Shown: piece by piece, positions 52,461 to 64,000 of the stretch
How positions within the stretch are numbered: the stretch's first letter is position 1
Layout of the letters: the number at the start of each line of letters is the position of its first letter
Assembly: GCA_030390025.1 (NCBI GenBank)
Contig: CM059425.1
Span: 171,308,001 to 171,372,000 of the forward strand
DNA length: 64,000 nucleotides
Origin: Squalus acanthias
Lineage: Eukaryota
Direction of reading: 5' to 3'
Made by a program: the position numbers and the translations under genes
The notes under the pieces: model-generated
Told to the model about the DNA's origin: nothing
The model's database searches: none
The model's input: the letters and a program-made list of their open reading frames with translations, nothing else

Positions 52461-53329
52461 GGGCCACGTTTCTCTTCTGAATGCTGACTGGTTTGCTGTG
52501 GACTTCCAGCATATTCTATGTTTACTTCATCTTTCCATAATTTGAGCAAAATTAGTCTCAAATAAAAATCAACATCTCTGGCCTTCGAAAGTGCAAAGTG
52601 CCACCTCCAAAAGCCAGCAATTTGGTCATCAGAAGGCTCAGACTGTTGCGACGTCAAAGATTTAGCTTGTAACAGCCTTACTGGACTTGCATGGTCTGTC
52701 TAAATGTGTGCAGCTAGTCATACAAATCAAATGTAAAAAAAACAAGAATATACCACAAGCTGTGAGCACATAACCCACATCCTTTCTCTGGGAAATCATG
52801 ACTGCATTGCGAGTAAACAAAATGGATATTCTGCACACTCCACAATAGGGATAAGCTAACCATAACAGCGCATCTTGGCCACAATCGGGAAACTCAAGCC
52901 ACCGGATATCTTTCATAGATACACAGTGCTGGCTGGGTCAAATCCCTGTCTGTTTAGCGATTCATGTGATAATCAGAGCAAAAATACATCCTCTACCAAT
53001 GAGAGAGATTGTTCTCTCAATACAGTATGATCTTAATAACTATACTACATTCAACGAAAAAGCCACCTTCCTTTTCAACTGATTTGCGCAGGTAATATGA
53101 TGTGATGTGATTGCAGGAAAAAACAGTATTTGTAACTGTTACTCCTGCACTGAGATTTCTCACACGCCTTCTTCCATCGAGAGGAGTGGAGTGGAATATT
53201 TACCATTTTGTATTTAAAACACATTTTTAAAATTCTCGCCCATTTTTCCCCGACAATGTTGACTACTTGCTGGTATCTCGCAAAGTGACCATTAATCATG
53301 TGTGAGCCTGATTGAGAGTGTTGTCAGGC

Positions 53330-53800
53330 TATTCAACTCTGGGGTCATCCCAACTAAGCCCTTTCCTGCTCATACATGCACAATTCCAGCACGGGTTACT
53401 GCATAGTGATCAGGAATAGAATCCGTGGACAACTTTACCCACCCTAAATCCTAACACTGTCCCAGGTGAGATCAGCTACCTCAGCACAGACTGGAGATCA
53501 AACCTGGGCTCTTCCTGGTCTATATGGCTCAGGCACCTACTGGATAAACTCACTGAACTGTTAGAGGATTAAAAACCATTCTGCAGAGTTGTATCCTATA
53601 GACCAAGAAAGTCCAAGGTTCAATCCCTGGTCCGTGAGTTAGACAATCTGAGCCAAGGATCTGTGGAGTGCCGGAGATTGTAGCAACTCCATTGCACAAT
53701 GTCCCCTCCCCCATCCTCCTGCTCTGCTCTGCTAGAAGTGTGCGCATGGATGTTGGATGAGAACAAGTTTTTGACTTGATTGTGATGTTCTCCCCTCCTC
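53330..53800. mobile_element. Head-to-head pair of second-family SINE-like remnants
   Basis: ctcagcacagactggagatcaaacctggg (minus-strand head) faces ccaaggttcaatccctggtccgtgagttag (plus-strand head with a B-box-like motif). Confidence 0.45.
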
Positions 53801-53824
53801 CCGATGATCAAATAGAACACCTAC

Positions 53825-53972
53825 AATTTCCACGGGGTTCTCCCAATCTCTCACTGTAACCAAGGTGGAAGCCTCCGAGAAACGGCTGTTTATGCCTTTT
53901 CTCTGAGGTTTCCACTGATCTTCCACTGAAGTTACGGCGGGAGGTCAGAGATTCCCCGTGGAAATTTTCCCC
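53825..53972. mobile_element. Short (about 145 bp) palindromic MITE-like element
   Basis: 13-bp inverted ends aatttccacgggg and ccccgtggaaatt; a related inverted partial copy lies at about 51143-51250. Confidence 0.65.
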
Positions 53973-54423
53973 TCATGTCTAGGCTCACACATTAAGAAAG
54001 GTCACTTGAGAAAAGTACTTCAGGGTTTCCTGTGTCCATGGTACTGTACCCCAGAATGGGTCACTGCCTCCAGGAGAGAAACCTGAAGAGGTGAAAAGTT
54101 GAACCAAGAGTGGGCCATTCAGATTTCCAGCATCCGCAGTATTTTGCTTTTGTGTTTGTGAAGAGGAGAAAGGTTCAACTTTCAAAAGTTCATCATATAA
54201 TTGCACATTTTTAGAGCTGAACCTTTTGAAGTGCAATTGTTGAAATATTTCCTAAGTCCACATGTAGCACAAACTGGTAATAGAATGTCTTGGAATCCAT
54301 TCAAGTAATTCCTAAGGAGCAAGCATTAAGGCAACAGCGTCATTAATTTGTTTTAGCAGCAGTGGTTTCAGCTTTTTGATGCTGTTTCCCTTATCAGAAT
54401 ATTTTCTCATTGGAGAGAGACGA

Positions 54424-55062
54424 GGGGGGAAAAATTCAGTTGATTTGCACCTCGTTAGCGCCCTAAGAGGGCGCTAAGCAACTAGCGCCCGGGCGCGGCA
54501 CCGCTAACACCTCCCGCGAAATTCAGCGGGAGGTTAGCGGCAGCGATAACCATTAGCGCCACGCGACGCTGCGATCACGTCATCGCCGTGTGCAGTGCCC
54601 CGCTCGCTGCACCAGCCACGATCTTCGGTAGCGCCCCCTGACTTACCGCCGGACGCTATGTCCGACAGGATCAAGGGGGACTACCTGTGGCCGGGGTGGC
54701 GTAAATTAAAGGGGAGGTGCCGGGCGGCCATTTTTGTTGTTGGCTGCCTGCCAGCACCTGCCCCCGTTGCCGTCCCTGGGCCTCCTGTGAAGCCCCCCCG
54801 CGGGATGCCGGCTGCGCTCCATGAGCCCGGCACTCCGATCCCTGGTGGCCCAGCTGGGCCCCGGGTCGCGCTGCGCTAGGCCCCTCCCTTTAATAAGGGG
54901 AGGAAGGCCTGCAGTACCGCGGCGCGACGTGCCGCAGAGCATGGCGCTGCTGTACAGCGCGATATTCACTCGCAGTGCCCCAAGAGGGAGGCGGGGTGCT
55001 TCCAGTAGTGTCCCGCTTCCCTCTTGGGGCGCTATCAGTGAATTTCGGGTGCGGGGGCGCCC
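54424..55062. mobile_element. CpG-rich MITE-like element
   Basis: Sharp GC-rich block. Subterminal tagcgccctaagaggg is inverted against ccctcttggggcgcta, with many tagcgc/gcgcta units. The exact termini are uncertain. Confidence 0.6.
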
Positions 55063-55509
55063 TAGGAACTGTGGAGGAGCAAAGGAATTTGGGTGTCCTG
55101 GTACACACATCACTAAAATCAGTAAAAGCTAGTGCATAGGTACAAAAAGTAATCAAAAAGGCTGTTTTAACTGTCCTTTTATGACTGGATTATTAAAATA
55201 CTACAATAATTCTTTTCCAAATAAAGAAATTGTCACACCAGAATGGATTTTCAGCATGAAATTGTTTACACAGAGCATTGCATAGCAGCTCCAATTTACA
55301 ACATGCTCGGCATTAGTCTCGGTTACAGCAATCCGTGTAAAAATTAATTGTACACGCAAATTGCCTTGTATTGTAATTGACGATCATCTTTCTTACACAG
55401 TTTTTTTTAAAGCCAGGATATATGCTCCACTCCAGTCGACAGCCTGAGCAGCTCCCGCGTCTCAATCAATGCTGCTCTGTAACTGGATGGAGATACACCA
55501 GGGCAGTGT

Positions 55510-55815
55510 GGAACATAGGAACAAGAGTAGGCCATTCAGCCCCTTGAGCCTGTTCTGCCATTCAATGAGATCACAGCTGATCCGTACCTCAACTCCATTT
55601 ATCTGCCTTTGATCTGTATCCCTTGATATCCTTTCCTAACAAAATTCAGTGATCTCAGTCATGAATAATTAAATTGAACCAGCATCCACAGCCTTTTTGG
55701 GAGGGAGAGTTCCAGATTTTCATTACCCTGTGTAAAAGAGTGCTTGCTGATTTCCCTCCTAAATGGCCTAGCTTTAATTTTAAGATTATGCCCCCTTGTT
55801 CTAAATTGCCCCACC
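55510..55815 (-). mobile_element. CR1-like 3' end
   Basis: ggaacataggaacaagagtaggccattcagcccc tail; RTRGHNLKIKARPFRREISKHSFTQ. Confidence 0.8.
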
Positions 55816-58400
55816 ATGGACCAGAGGCTCACACCTGAAGAATGACCACTTGGGTGAGGTACTAGAGTGCCTGACACTTGTGGAACTGTAGCTAGCATGA
55901 GTCACACACCTTCAGTAAGAGAGAGAATTAAGGGAAAAAAGAAAGAAGAAGCAAGTCCCAAAGATGAGAAACTTAGAACATGTTGGTGGGTGGGGTGGGG
56001 ACGGAGTAATGTTTTTAAATCAATGAAAGATTCTGGATTCTCTTGGAGCTCACTGGCATTGTGACTAACAACTGTTGTAACTCTCTAACTGGACATTGTG
56101 TTCAAAGCCTTTACAGCAGAGCTCTGAAAAGGAAGCAAAAATGCAAATGAATCAATCTTTGAAAGATGGCAAAATATTCTAATGCTGAGGCACTGAGATC
56201 ATGGAGTGGAGCAATAGAGTGAAGCCATCTCACCTTTCAGTTACAGTTTTACAATCGTTCATGTTTTCTATTAATACGCATATGTCAGTGACACGCAATA
56301 CTGCATTTTCCAGTAATTAATGTCATTGGTTTAACCCACAGCAGACCATGGCGTCAGCTTTTGTACTGCATAAACACAAAGTGAAATTTAGACAATGATG
56401 TGTACTACAAATGTTTATTTTGCTGGGCTCCTCATTATAATTACTAAAATGGTTTATATTTCCCTCATCCTTCTCTCTTTAGTCACCCTGCATCGTGCAA
56501 CATTCCCATCCCAAGACAGACATTCAGGCTCAGAGTGACTCTCCATCTGATTTTTCTTTCCCCACTGTAGGCAAGTAATGGCGTCCACTGAGCCCCATCC
56601 CACAATGATATATGGTTAAAGTCAATAACTCACCACATGGGGAAATCAATGGTGTGAAGCCATTTTCCAACTTTAAAAATAGCCATTTTTGTTATAGACG
56701 GCCCATGATAGGTTGCCATGTACAAAAATATTTACTTTTGGCTAAGTTCAAAGGAGATCCAATAAAAATGTTAGTAGGTGAATTTAGTAGAACTTTAGTA
56801 GCACCAAAATTGTCAATTGTCAGCTGCTGCATGAATATATTTTTGAACACTGCTTTACCAAGTCGTTGACAGGAACTCTTTGCATAACACACAACTGGCC
56901 ATATCATCTTCTGGTAACCACGTAGAAATTATCTCTCGATAAATGTGCAGTGCTGACATCATGATTGTTAGTCAGTGTGAAGGTCATTAAGCACCGATGA
57001 CAGAGCATACTGTCAACCACCACAAACAAAATGAAAATTGATACTAGATTTAAACCCCCCCCCGCCCCCCAACCGATCAAATTAAATTAAGCTACTTTTT
57101 ATAATATAACATTATTAGGGAATCATTTCATGGTAGTTATCTCATCTCAGGGAATCCGATGATGATTAGAAACTGCTTGAGCTGCATTTCATCATTGAAA
57201 ACCTTGCGATTAGACTACTGGCTTCCAATCACTGTGCGGTCTCTGTTAAGCTTTGCACAAAGTAGATGTAAAGAATACAACTGAAAGACAGTCTGAGTTA
57301 GCGGATCTGAAAAGTTCTGATTTTCATTAATGTGACAAATATTAATTTCAATGTAATTTATGACATTACGTTGCATGTGTGAAAAAAAATGAGTTTCATG
57401 GAAGTATTAATACAGTTCAGGGATACTACTTGACAGAAACATGCTTCTAAAAATATATCAGCACCAGAGAGATCTCTATCGTAAGTCAAGTTAGCCAATT
57501 AACAGCATCTGCAGTGTTAAGGTGATGCTGGGGGAGGGGGGGAGAGTGCTCAGTTGAATTTGCCTAGAAATACAACTATGGAAGAACAAAGCCATTCACA
57601 GGGAGTAGTGAGTGATTATCACTTAAGAGAGAGATGGCCAAGGCAATTTGCTCAACCAAGGTATCATGAAGTAAACACAAAGGTAGTAAGAAACAGATTT
57701 TAATGAAAATAGCTCTAGTACTAAAGCACTTACAGGAGTGAGTGTGCAGACACTGCTGAGTGGAACAAATAAAAGTACATGGATTAACGCTTGCTGAAAC
57801 AGCACAGCAGCAACCCTGCAGCCTCCTGGAATCGAAGGTTGTCGACAAACAGGGACTTAGTACAGATCACCACAAATTGCATTGAAGCTATCACAACAAT
57901 GCTCAGTGGGAGTGAATAAAGCAAATCAGATGTTGGGATGTTTTAAAAGGTCAATATTGAGCTGAAATAGTGAGGTAATGCTGCCACTTCATAAATCGTT
58001 GGTGCGACCGCACTTAGAATATGGTGTACAGTTCTGGTCGCTGTAGTACAAAAAGGACAGTGCAGCTATTGAAAGGATACAGAAGAGAGCAACCAGAATG
58101 ATTGAGGGGATGGAGGATTGGATTATGAGGAGCAATTACATAAATTGGGCATGTTCCCACTGGAAAGGAGAAGCTGAGAGGTGAAAGGATTGCTGTTTTA
58201 AGGATTCTAAAGGGCCTAGAGAATGTAGACCATGACAAGATGTTTCACCTTGTCCAGAACAGCAGAACCAGAGGACACTAATTTATAGAAACAATATTTT
58301 AGTGAGTGGCTGGTAGATCTACAGGCTCTCGAAGGAGACAGTGGGAGCAGATTGTATTGATTCATTTAAATGCAAATTAGATAGATTTCTTTTGGAAAAA

Positions 58401-59163
58401 GGGCCAGAAATTCGGCTCTTGTCGGGTGAGTACGCGCTGTGTACTCACCCGTAAGGCCACCTGAAGTCCCGGTTTCCTGCATGCACTGCGCATGCGCGGG
58501 AAACCGGAACTTCCGTTCCCCTGAAGGAAGGGGTTCAGAAGTCGAACGCGTGCGCGGGACAGGCAGTGCGCACGCAGCGAACTTCGTTTTTTTTCACGTT
58601 TCTCCGTGAGGGTAAGTATGGAGAAGCTGCACATTTAAAAAGGAGGCGCAAGGCCTGTTTTTAACAAGGTAAGTGGTTAATTAATTACAATTTAAACATT
58701 TTTTCAACAGGTTTATCTTTTTTACATACTTTAAAGAAAGGTAAGTTTATTTTTAGCACCGTTAAAAAGTTTAATTAATTTTTTCAAAAATTAAAATTTT
58801 TGTTTAAAGTAGTTAATTTATGTAATTTATAGTTATTTTAAAAATGTGATGGTTTTTAAAAAATTTATTTGAAGTTTTAGTGTGGTTTTGGGGCCGATCT
58901 CTATTCATAGATTTGACAGGTCTTCCTGTCAAATCTATGAATGAAAATTCCCTGCTAGGATTGGCTCTCCATGGCCCACGTGATCCCAGGGGATGCTTTG
59001 AACTAACTGCGCCCCTGGGATACGCAAGCACTGCGCGCCGGCAGCTGGAGGAGGCCCAGGAGCCGAATTCCTCGTGGGCCTGAAGCACAACAGCAGGCGT
59101 GGTAGGTAAGTACGTGCGCGATGCTTGCACCCGCAGGAAGCCGGAGGGCCGAATTTCTGGCCC
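58401..59163. mobile_element. Harbinger-type MITE, family A, best-preserved copy
   Basis: Perfect 16-bp TIRs gggccagaaattcggc and gccgaatttctggccc; collinear with 15982-16725. Confidence 0.9.
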
Positions 59164-59180
59164 ATTTATTTTGGGATACA

Positions 59181-60427
59181 TCCTATGTGACTGTGACAAA
59201 GGTAAACCTGTCTGCAGCCTTTGACACGGTTGACCACTCCATTCTCCTCCAACGTCTCTCCACCACTGTCCAGCTGGGTGGGACTGCACTCGCCTGGTTC
59301 TATTCTTATCTATCTAATCGTAGCCAGAGAATCACCTGCAACGGCTTCTCTTTCCGCTCCCGCACTGTTACTTCTGGTGTCCCCCAAGGATCTATCCTTG
59401 ACCGCCTCCTATTTCTCATCTACATGTTGTCCCTCGGCAACATCATCCGAAAACACAGCGTCAGTTTCCACATGTACGCTGACGACACCCAGATCTACCT
59501 CACCACCACTTATCTCGACACCTCCACGGTCTCTAAATTGTCAGACTGCTTGTCCGAAATCCAGTACTAGATGGGCAGACTAAATATTGGAAAGACCAAA
59601 GCCATTGTCTTCGTCCCTGCCACAAACTCCGTTCCCTAGCCACTGACTCCATCCCTCTCCCCAACATCTGTCTGAGGCTGAACCAGACTGTTCGCAACCT
59701 TGGTGTCATATTTGACCCTGAAATGAGCTTCCGATCACATATCCATGCCATCACTAAGACCGCCTATTTCCACCTCCATAACATCGCCCGTCTCTGTCCC
59801 GCCTATTTCCACCTCCATAACATCGCCCGTCTCCGTCCCTCCTCAGCTCATCTGCTGCTGAAACCCTCATCCATGCCTTTGTTACCTCTAGACTTGACTA
59901 TTCCAATGCTCTCCTGGCTGGCCTCCCACGTTCTATCCTCCATAAACTTGAGCTCATCCAAAACTCTGCTGCCCGTGTCCTAACTCGCACCAAGTCCTGT
60001 TCGCCCATCATCCCTCTGACCTACACTGGCTCCCAGTTAAGCAATGCCTCGAGTTTAAAATTCTCATCCTTGTTTTAAAATCCTCCATGGCCTTGCCCCT
60101 CCCTATCTCTGTACCCTCCTTCAGTCCCACAACCCTCAGATATCTGCGCTCCTCTAATTCTGCCCTCTTGAGCATCCCTGATTTTAATCGCTCAACCATT
60201 GGTGGCCGTGCCTTCAGCTGCCAAGGCCCAAAGCTCTGGAATTCCCTCCCTAAACCTCTTTGCCGCTCTACATCGCCTTCCTCCTTTAAGACGTTCCTTA
60301 AAACCTACTTCTTAATATCTCATGTGGCTCGGTGTCAAATTTTGTTTTATAACGTTCCTGTGCAGCACCTTGGGACGTTTTACTATGTTAAAGGCACTAT
60401 ATAAATACAAGTTGCTGTTGTTGTTGT
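59181..60427 (+). mobile_element. L2-like LINE 3' portion (RT to tail)
   Basis: LSAAFDTVDHSILL, GVPQGSIL, HMYADDTQIY and GGRAFSCQGPKLWNSLP; tail ctatataaatacaagttgctgttgttgttg. Confidence 0.92.
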
Positions 60428-61859
60428 ATATGATTGATTTGAGGCATGACATATGGTAAGTGTTACATGTTTAGGAGGAAGAGGTGACTTTGGATCTATG
60501 GTTCCCAAAGCTCTTCACCACTGGGGTTTTCTTCCCGTCACGTCTGGGTTTGTTGTAGACTAATTGATAGGGATAGATTGCTATGATTAGCCAACAACTC
60601 CATTATCATTGTATCATGCGACTACCAGGATGGTAGAAGATGAACTAGATGGACCTTGGTCTTTTTTCATCTACCAATTTCCATGTTCCTATGTTCTGTG
60701 AGGGACAACTGTGTTCTTAACAAGTTGGGTAGTGTGCATCGAGCTGTTATATCAAACTTACTGAGAACAAAGAGTGAGCTCAGTCCCCAACATTCATGAA
60801 CTGTGTTTGACCAAATCTACATTGGCAGACCTTTATATCACTTTCACAAAAGAACTGTTGATATTCGACATGAAATGCTTACAGAGGCAAATGAAAACTG
60901 CAAGAATATTATTTCAGTGGTTTGATAATGGAGTAAAATTTGTAACCACACTGACTTTAATATCCTCATGTTACTTCTCTTACCTGCAAATAAGAACATA
61001 GACAAACACATGGCTCTCTGGCTCTGTGCTTACAGAATATTAAGGATGACATCTGGCAGTTAGAGTGGTTGGTTATTATGAACCTGCTGCTGTGTCCATT
61101 CAAAATGTTTTACTGTAAATACTGTACTGTATTCTGTGTGACTGCTGTTACCTTTAGTTCCATTTAATGTCCACGCTACTGTGGCAAATGGACCCACAAG
61201 AGACTGAAGCAGCCATTTTGCTTCAGTACTAACAGGCTGTTAATAAGAATTAGTCTTGTGTTAAGTGGCTAGTTTCACTCAGCTGTCCAACATATTGCCA
61301 TTTGAAACAGACCCTGCGCTGTGCTTGTACAAACTTGTAAAGTTGCATTTTCTGACAGGAGATCAGATACTTGACATTTTTCAATGAATAGAAGTGCAGG
61401 ATATTTTCACAAATTCAATTTAATTGAAAACAAGGTGTCAAATTGAAGGTCACTAATACTAACTTAAAAGAATGCTCCAGGGAAGCTCAGACTTGTGAAC
61501 CTCCCTCTAGTATCTGCATTTCACCAAGTGTAAATTCCTCAGACTTTTCTTTTTAAATTGTAGAAATGGTTGATTCATCTATCTGGATTCTTACAACTAT
61601 AACAAGGGGTCTGCACTTATTTTTTGAGAGCAACTGGATCCAATAATAACCGAGAGTGCCAGACACCCAGTCTGGAACTGTTTCGACTTCAGCATTGACT
61701 GACAAAAATACTTAATTATTAAAGTACACTGCTCTCCCACCAGGCGATAGTTAAACTTTTCATCAGATTTTATTGTAATAAAGTGTTACTGGCAAATCAG
61801 CTCTTGGCCCAATGCAGAAGACTTGATATCTCAAGCTTTCACTTTATCCTGCAATGCTT

Positions 61860-62102
61860 TCATAGAATGGTTACAGCATGGAAGAAGGCCATTCGGCCCG
61901 TCGAGCCCGTGCTGACTCTCAGCTCGTCCCACTCCCCTACCCTTTCCCCATAGCCCTGCAAATTTCTTTCCTTCACATACTTATCCAACTCCCTTTTGAA
62001 AGATAAGATTGAGTCTGCCTCCACCACCCTTTCAGGAAGTGCATTCCAGATCTTAACCACTCGTTGCGTAATAAAGTTTTTTCTTACTTCACCTTTGGTT
62101 TC
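61860..62102 (-). mobile_element. CR1-like 3' end
   Basis: catagaatggttacagc tail and FITQRVVKIWNALPERVVEA; same family as 21321-21817. Confidence 0.85.
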
Positions 62103-64000
62103 AGGCACTGCGACGCTCTGAAAATGAGCACGAGAACGGCACGATGGTCTCAAGCAGCCTTGTAGGTGGGGAAGGCTACTTGTGGAATAAAAAATACTGG
62201 AGTAAGCTAAAAAAGGGAAGTATTGGGGGGGGGGGGGGAAGGAGTGCTTCCTTTTTCCAAATACTCCCACAATTTCTATGTGAGAAAAATATAAATCACA
62301 AAAATATGTTACTTTTCAAAATCAAACTTTAAATTTGTTGCCCAGCAGGAGATTGGCCATTTCACATCTCCTCACCTGCAGAGTTTTTCCGTTAGTGTTA
62401 CAAAGAATGACAAATTTTAGCATTGTTGTTTTTCTCTAGCCTGTTTCTGAATACTTTTGCTTCTAAAGTGAATGCTGATGACACCACTGGGGAACCTGGC
62501 TTGGAGGAGTTGTCAAGCCCAGCAGTGTGAGGAAGCCGATTTCAAAACAACAGATACTCAGTGCTTAAAGACACACTGCAACTCCAGGGGAAAAAAAGTT
62601 TGGCAGAACTTTACTTATTTGTTTACAAATGAAAGTTCCAGTAGGGCAAATTGCATTGAAAAGGATGTCGGTTATATGGAGCATTCTGACTAAAAATGAC
62701 ATATAGCTCTTTTCCCTCCTCGAAGAATCTGAAAAACGCTTGCCAAAGACTTCAGAAAGAAACCCAGGGCGCTTCTGTTATTGTCTGATATCAACTCTTT
62801 CTGCTGGTATAGCTCCCCTCTCACTATCAGAATCAGGAGCTCTTCCTAGTCAGGACTCCAGTGATATTGAAGCAAAAACACATCAGTAGCACTCACTGCT
62901 TAACCAAAAAAAATTGAAAACAAAATGATACTACGGTTGGTCACGATTCTTTTTATGGGAATCAGCACTCCCTCAACACTGACAGCACATTGCCATTCTA
63001 CGGTTTCACTAGGTGAATTACATCCTTTTTTAAAATAAATTTAAGTCTGCTATCCATGGAAAACCTCCTCAAGTTTCTATTTGCCAATATAGAATTGAAA
63101 ATCATGCTTTCACTTTTTTTTGACAGTTTATAATTATATAATTTTCATTCAATAAATGTTTATGAAGTCATTTCCCAGCTATTGCAGGAGGGCACACTGA
63201 GAATTTAAGTCCAGTTGTGCACATGTTGGGAAGAGGGGCATAGATGTGTGGGTACAGCAGAATAATTTTTAAAGTGAAAATCATTTCACACCAACAAATG
63301 AGATATGACAATGTAATGTGACCACTGCTTATGATCCTCCAACTCCCATTAGAAAAGTGACAATCCATCTATGACATATTTCATTTTTAGTTCATTATCA
63401 CAGTAGATGGGTTGGTTGCTATACTGAGGGGACAGTTTGCGGCGAGTGGGTTTCCAGGAACAGGCCTCATCAACAGAAGCTTTGTGTAATGAAATCAAAC
63501 CATCTCATACTTATTTTAAAAATCTAGTGAGATTGTAAGGACAAAATAGTTTCCTCAGTCTTACTGCTGTAAATCCTAAGCTAATTCTCTGTGACTTTAT
63601 TAACTTCACACTGCTGCCATTGTAGCTCTTTTTCCTTTATGCTTAATGCCACCTGGACACAAAAGCTATTTGTTAGAAGCCACATTCATTTGTTTGAAAT
63701 CAATGACTCTGCTGAGGAACTGCACAGGAAGTACTTATTTCAGAGAATCCACTGGACAGTCAGACAATGAGGCATTTTGGCTGCTTAATATAATTACTTC
63801 AGAACAGAGATATAGAGGTTTAAGTGCCTATATTTCACTGAATTTACATTCTTAGAGAGGCCACAAGACAGCCTAACCAGGTGTGATTTAGTTATCTTAA
63901 GCCAACTACCATCCCACTCCATTTGGTCATGTCTGCCTAAATACAAAGTCTCTACCGCTGGAACATCAAATACGAATTAAAACTGCAGAACCAGAGAAAT

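Larger units (their letters stand above)
57900..60695 (+). mobile_element. Old CR1-like 3' region split by a MITE and an L2
   Basis: LVRPHLEYGVQFWS-like sequence at about 58000. Segments 58330-58400, 59164-59180 and 60428-60695 join to match the uninterrupted homolog at 13950-14315. Confidence 0.75.
5465..64000 (-). other. FBXL17: Probable very large FBXL17 intron upstream of the exon (over 58 kb in this window)
   Basis: I found no other FBXL17-like exon by eye or in the ORF track, and vertebrate FBXL17 is known for very long introns. A short exon could have been missed. Confidence 0.7.

Noticed and set aside
52232..52657. 141-aa Ser/Leu-rich ORF
   Set aside because: An artefact of the (GA)n/(TC)n low-complexity tract.
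54105..54155. Second Penelope-type tail or hammerhead (tcagatttccagcatccgcagtattttgcttttg; weaker match at about 52478-52530)
   Set aside because: It resembles a Penelope-associated tail remnant, but no CUGAUGA/GAAA core is retained and it is too short to call.
54595..55156. Overlapping GC-rich ORFs
   Set aside because: Expected by chance in high-GC sequence; no recognisable domain or splice structure.

Overview
This is eukaryotic, repeat-rich intronic DNA, inferred to be from a shark or other cartilaginous fish because of its LINE and SINE families. The only host coding sequence I can support is one 143-bp internal exon of FBXL17 on the minus strand (5322-5464, canonical AG/GT). The rest appears to be its two flanking introns. 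These contain decayed CR1-like and L2-like LINEs, a near-full-length APE+RT LINE (about 26.5-29.7 kb), DeuSINE-type and other tRNA-headed SINEs, and a Penelope-like 3' fragment with an intact-looking minimal hammerhead ribozyme core (24631-24667, minus). There is also a dense set of PIF/Harbinger-type elements: at least seven 0.6-0.8 kb MITEs with GGGC...GCCC-type termini and two remnants of the Myb/SANT-like accessory gene. The most unusual signal is inside the MITEs. Homologous hairpins keep their pairing while their sequence changes between copies. They sit beside NRF1-like, CCAAT and E-box motifs and clusters of consensus splice donors that mostly face antisense to the host gene. Repeat family names come from motif recognition only, with no database search, and boundaries of old repeats are approximate.
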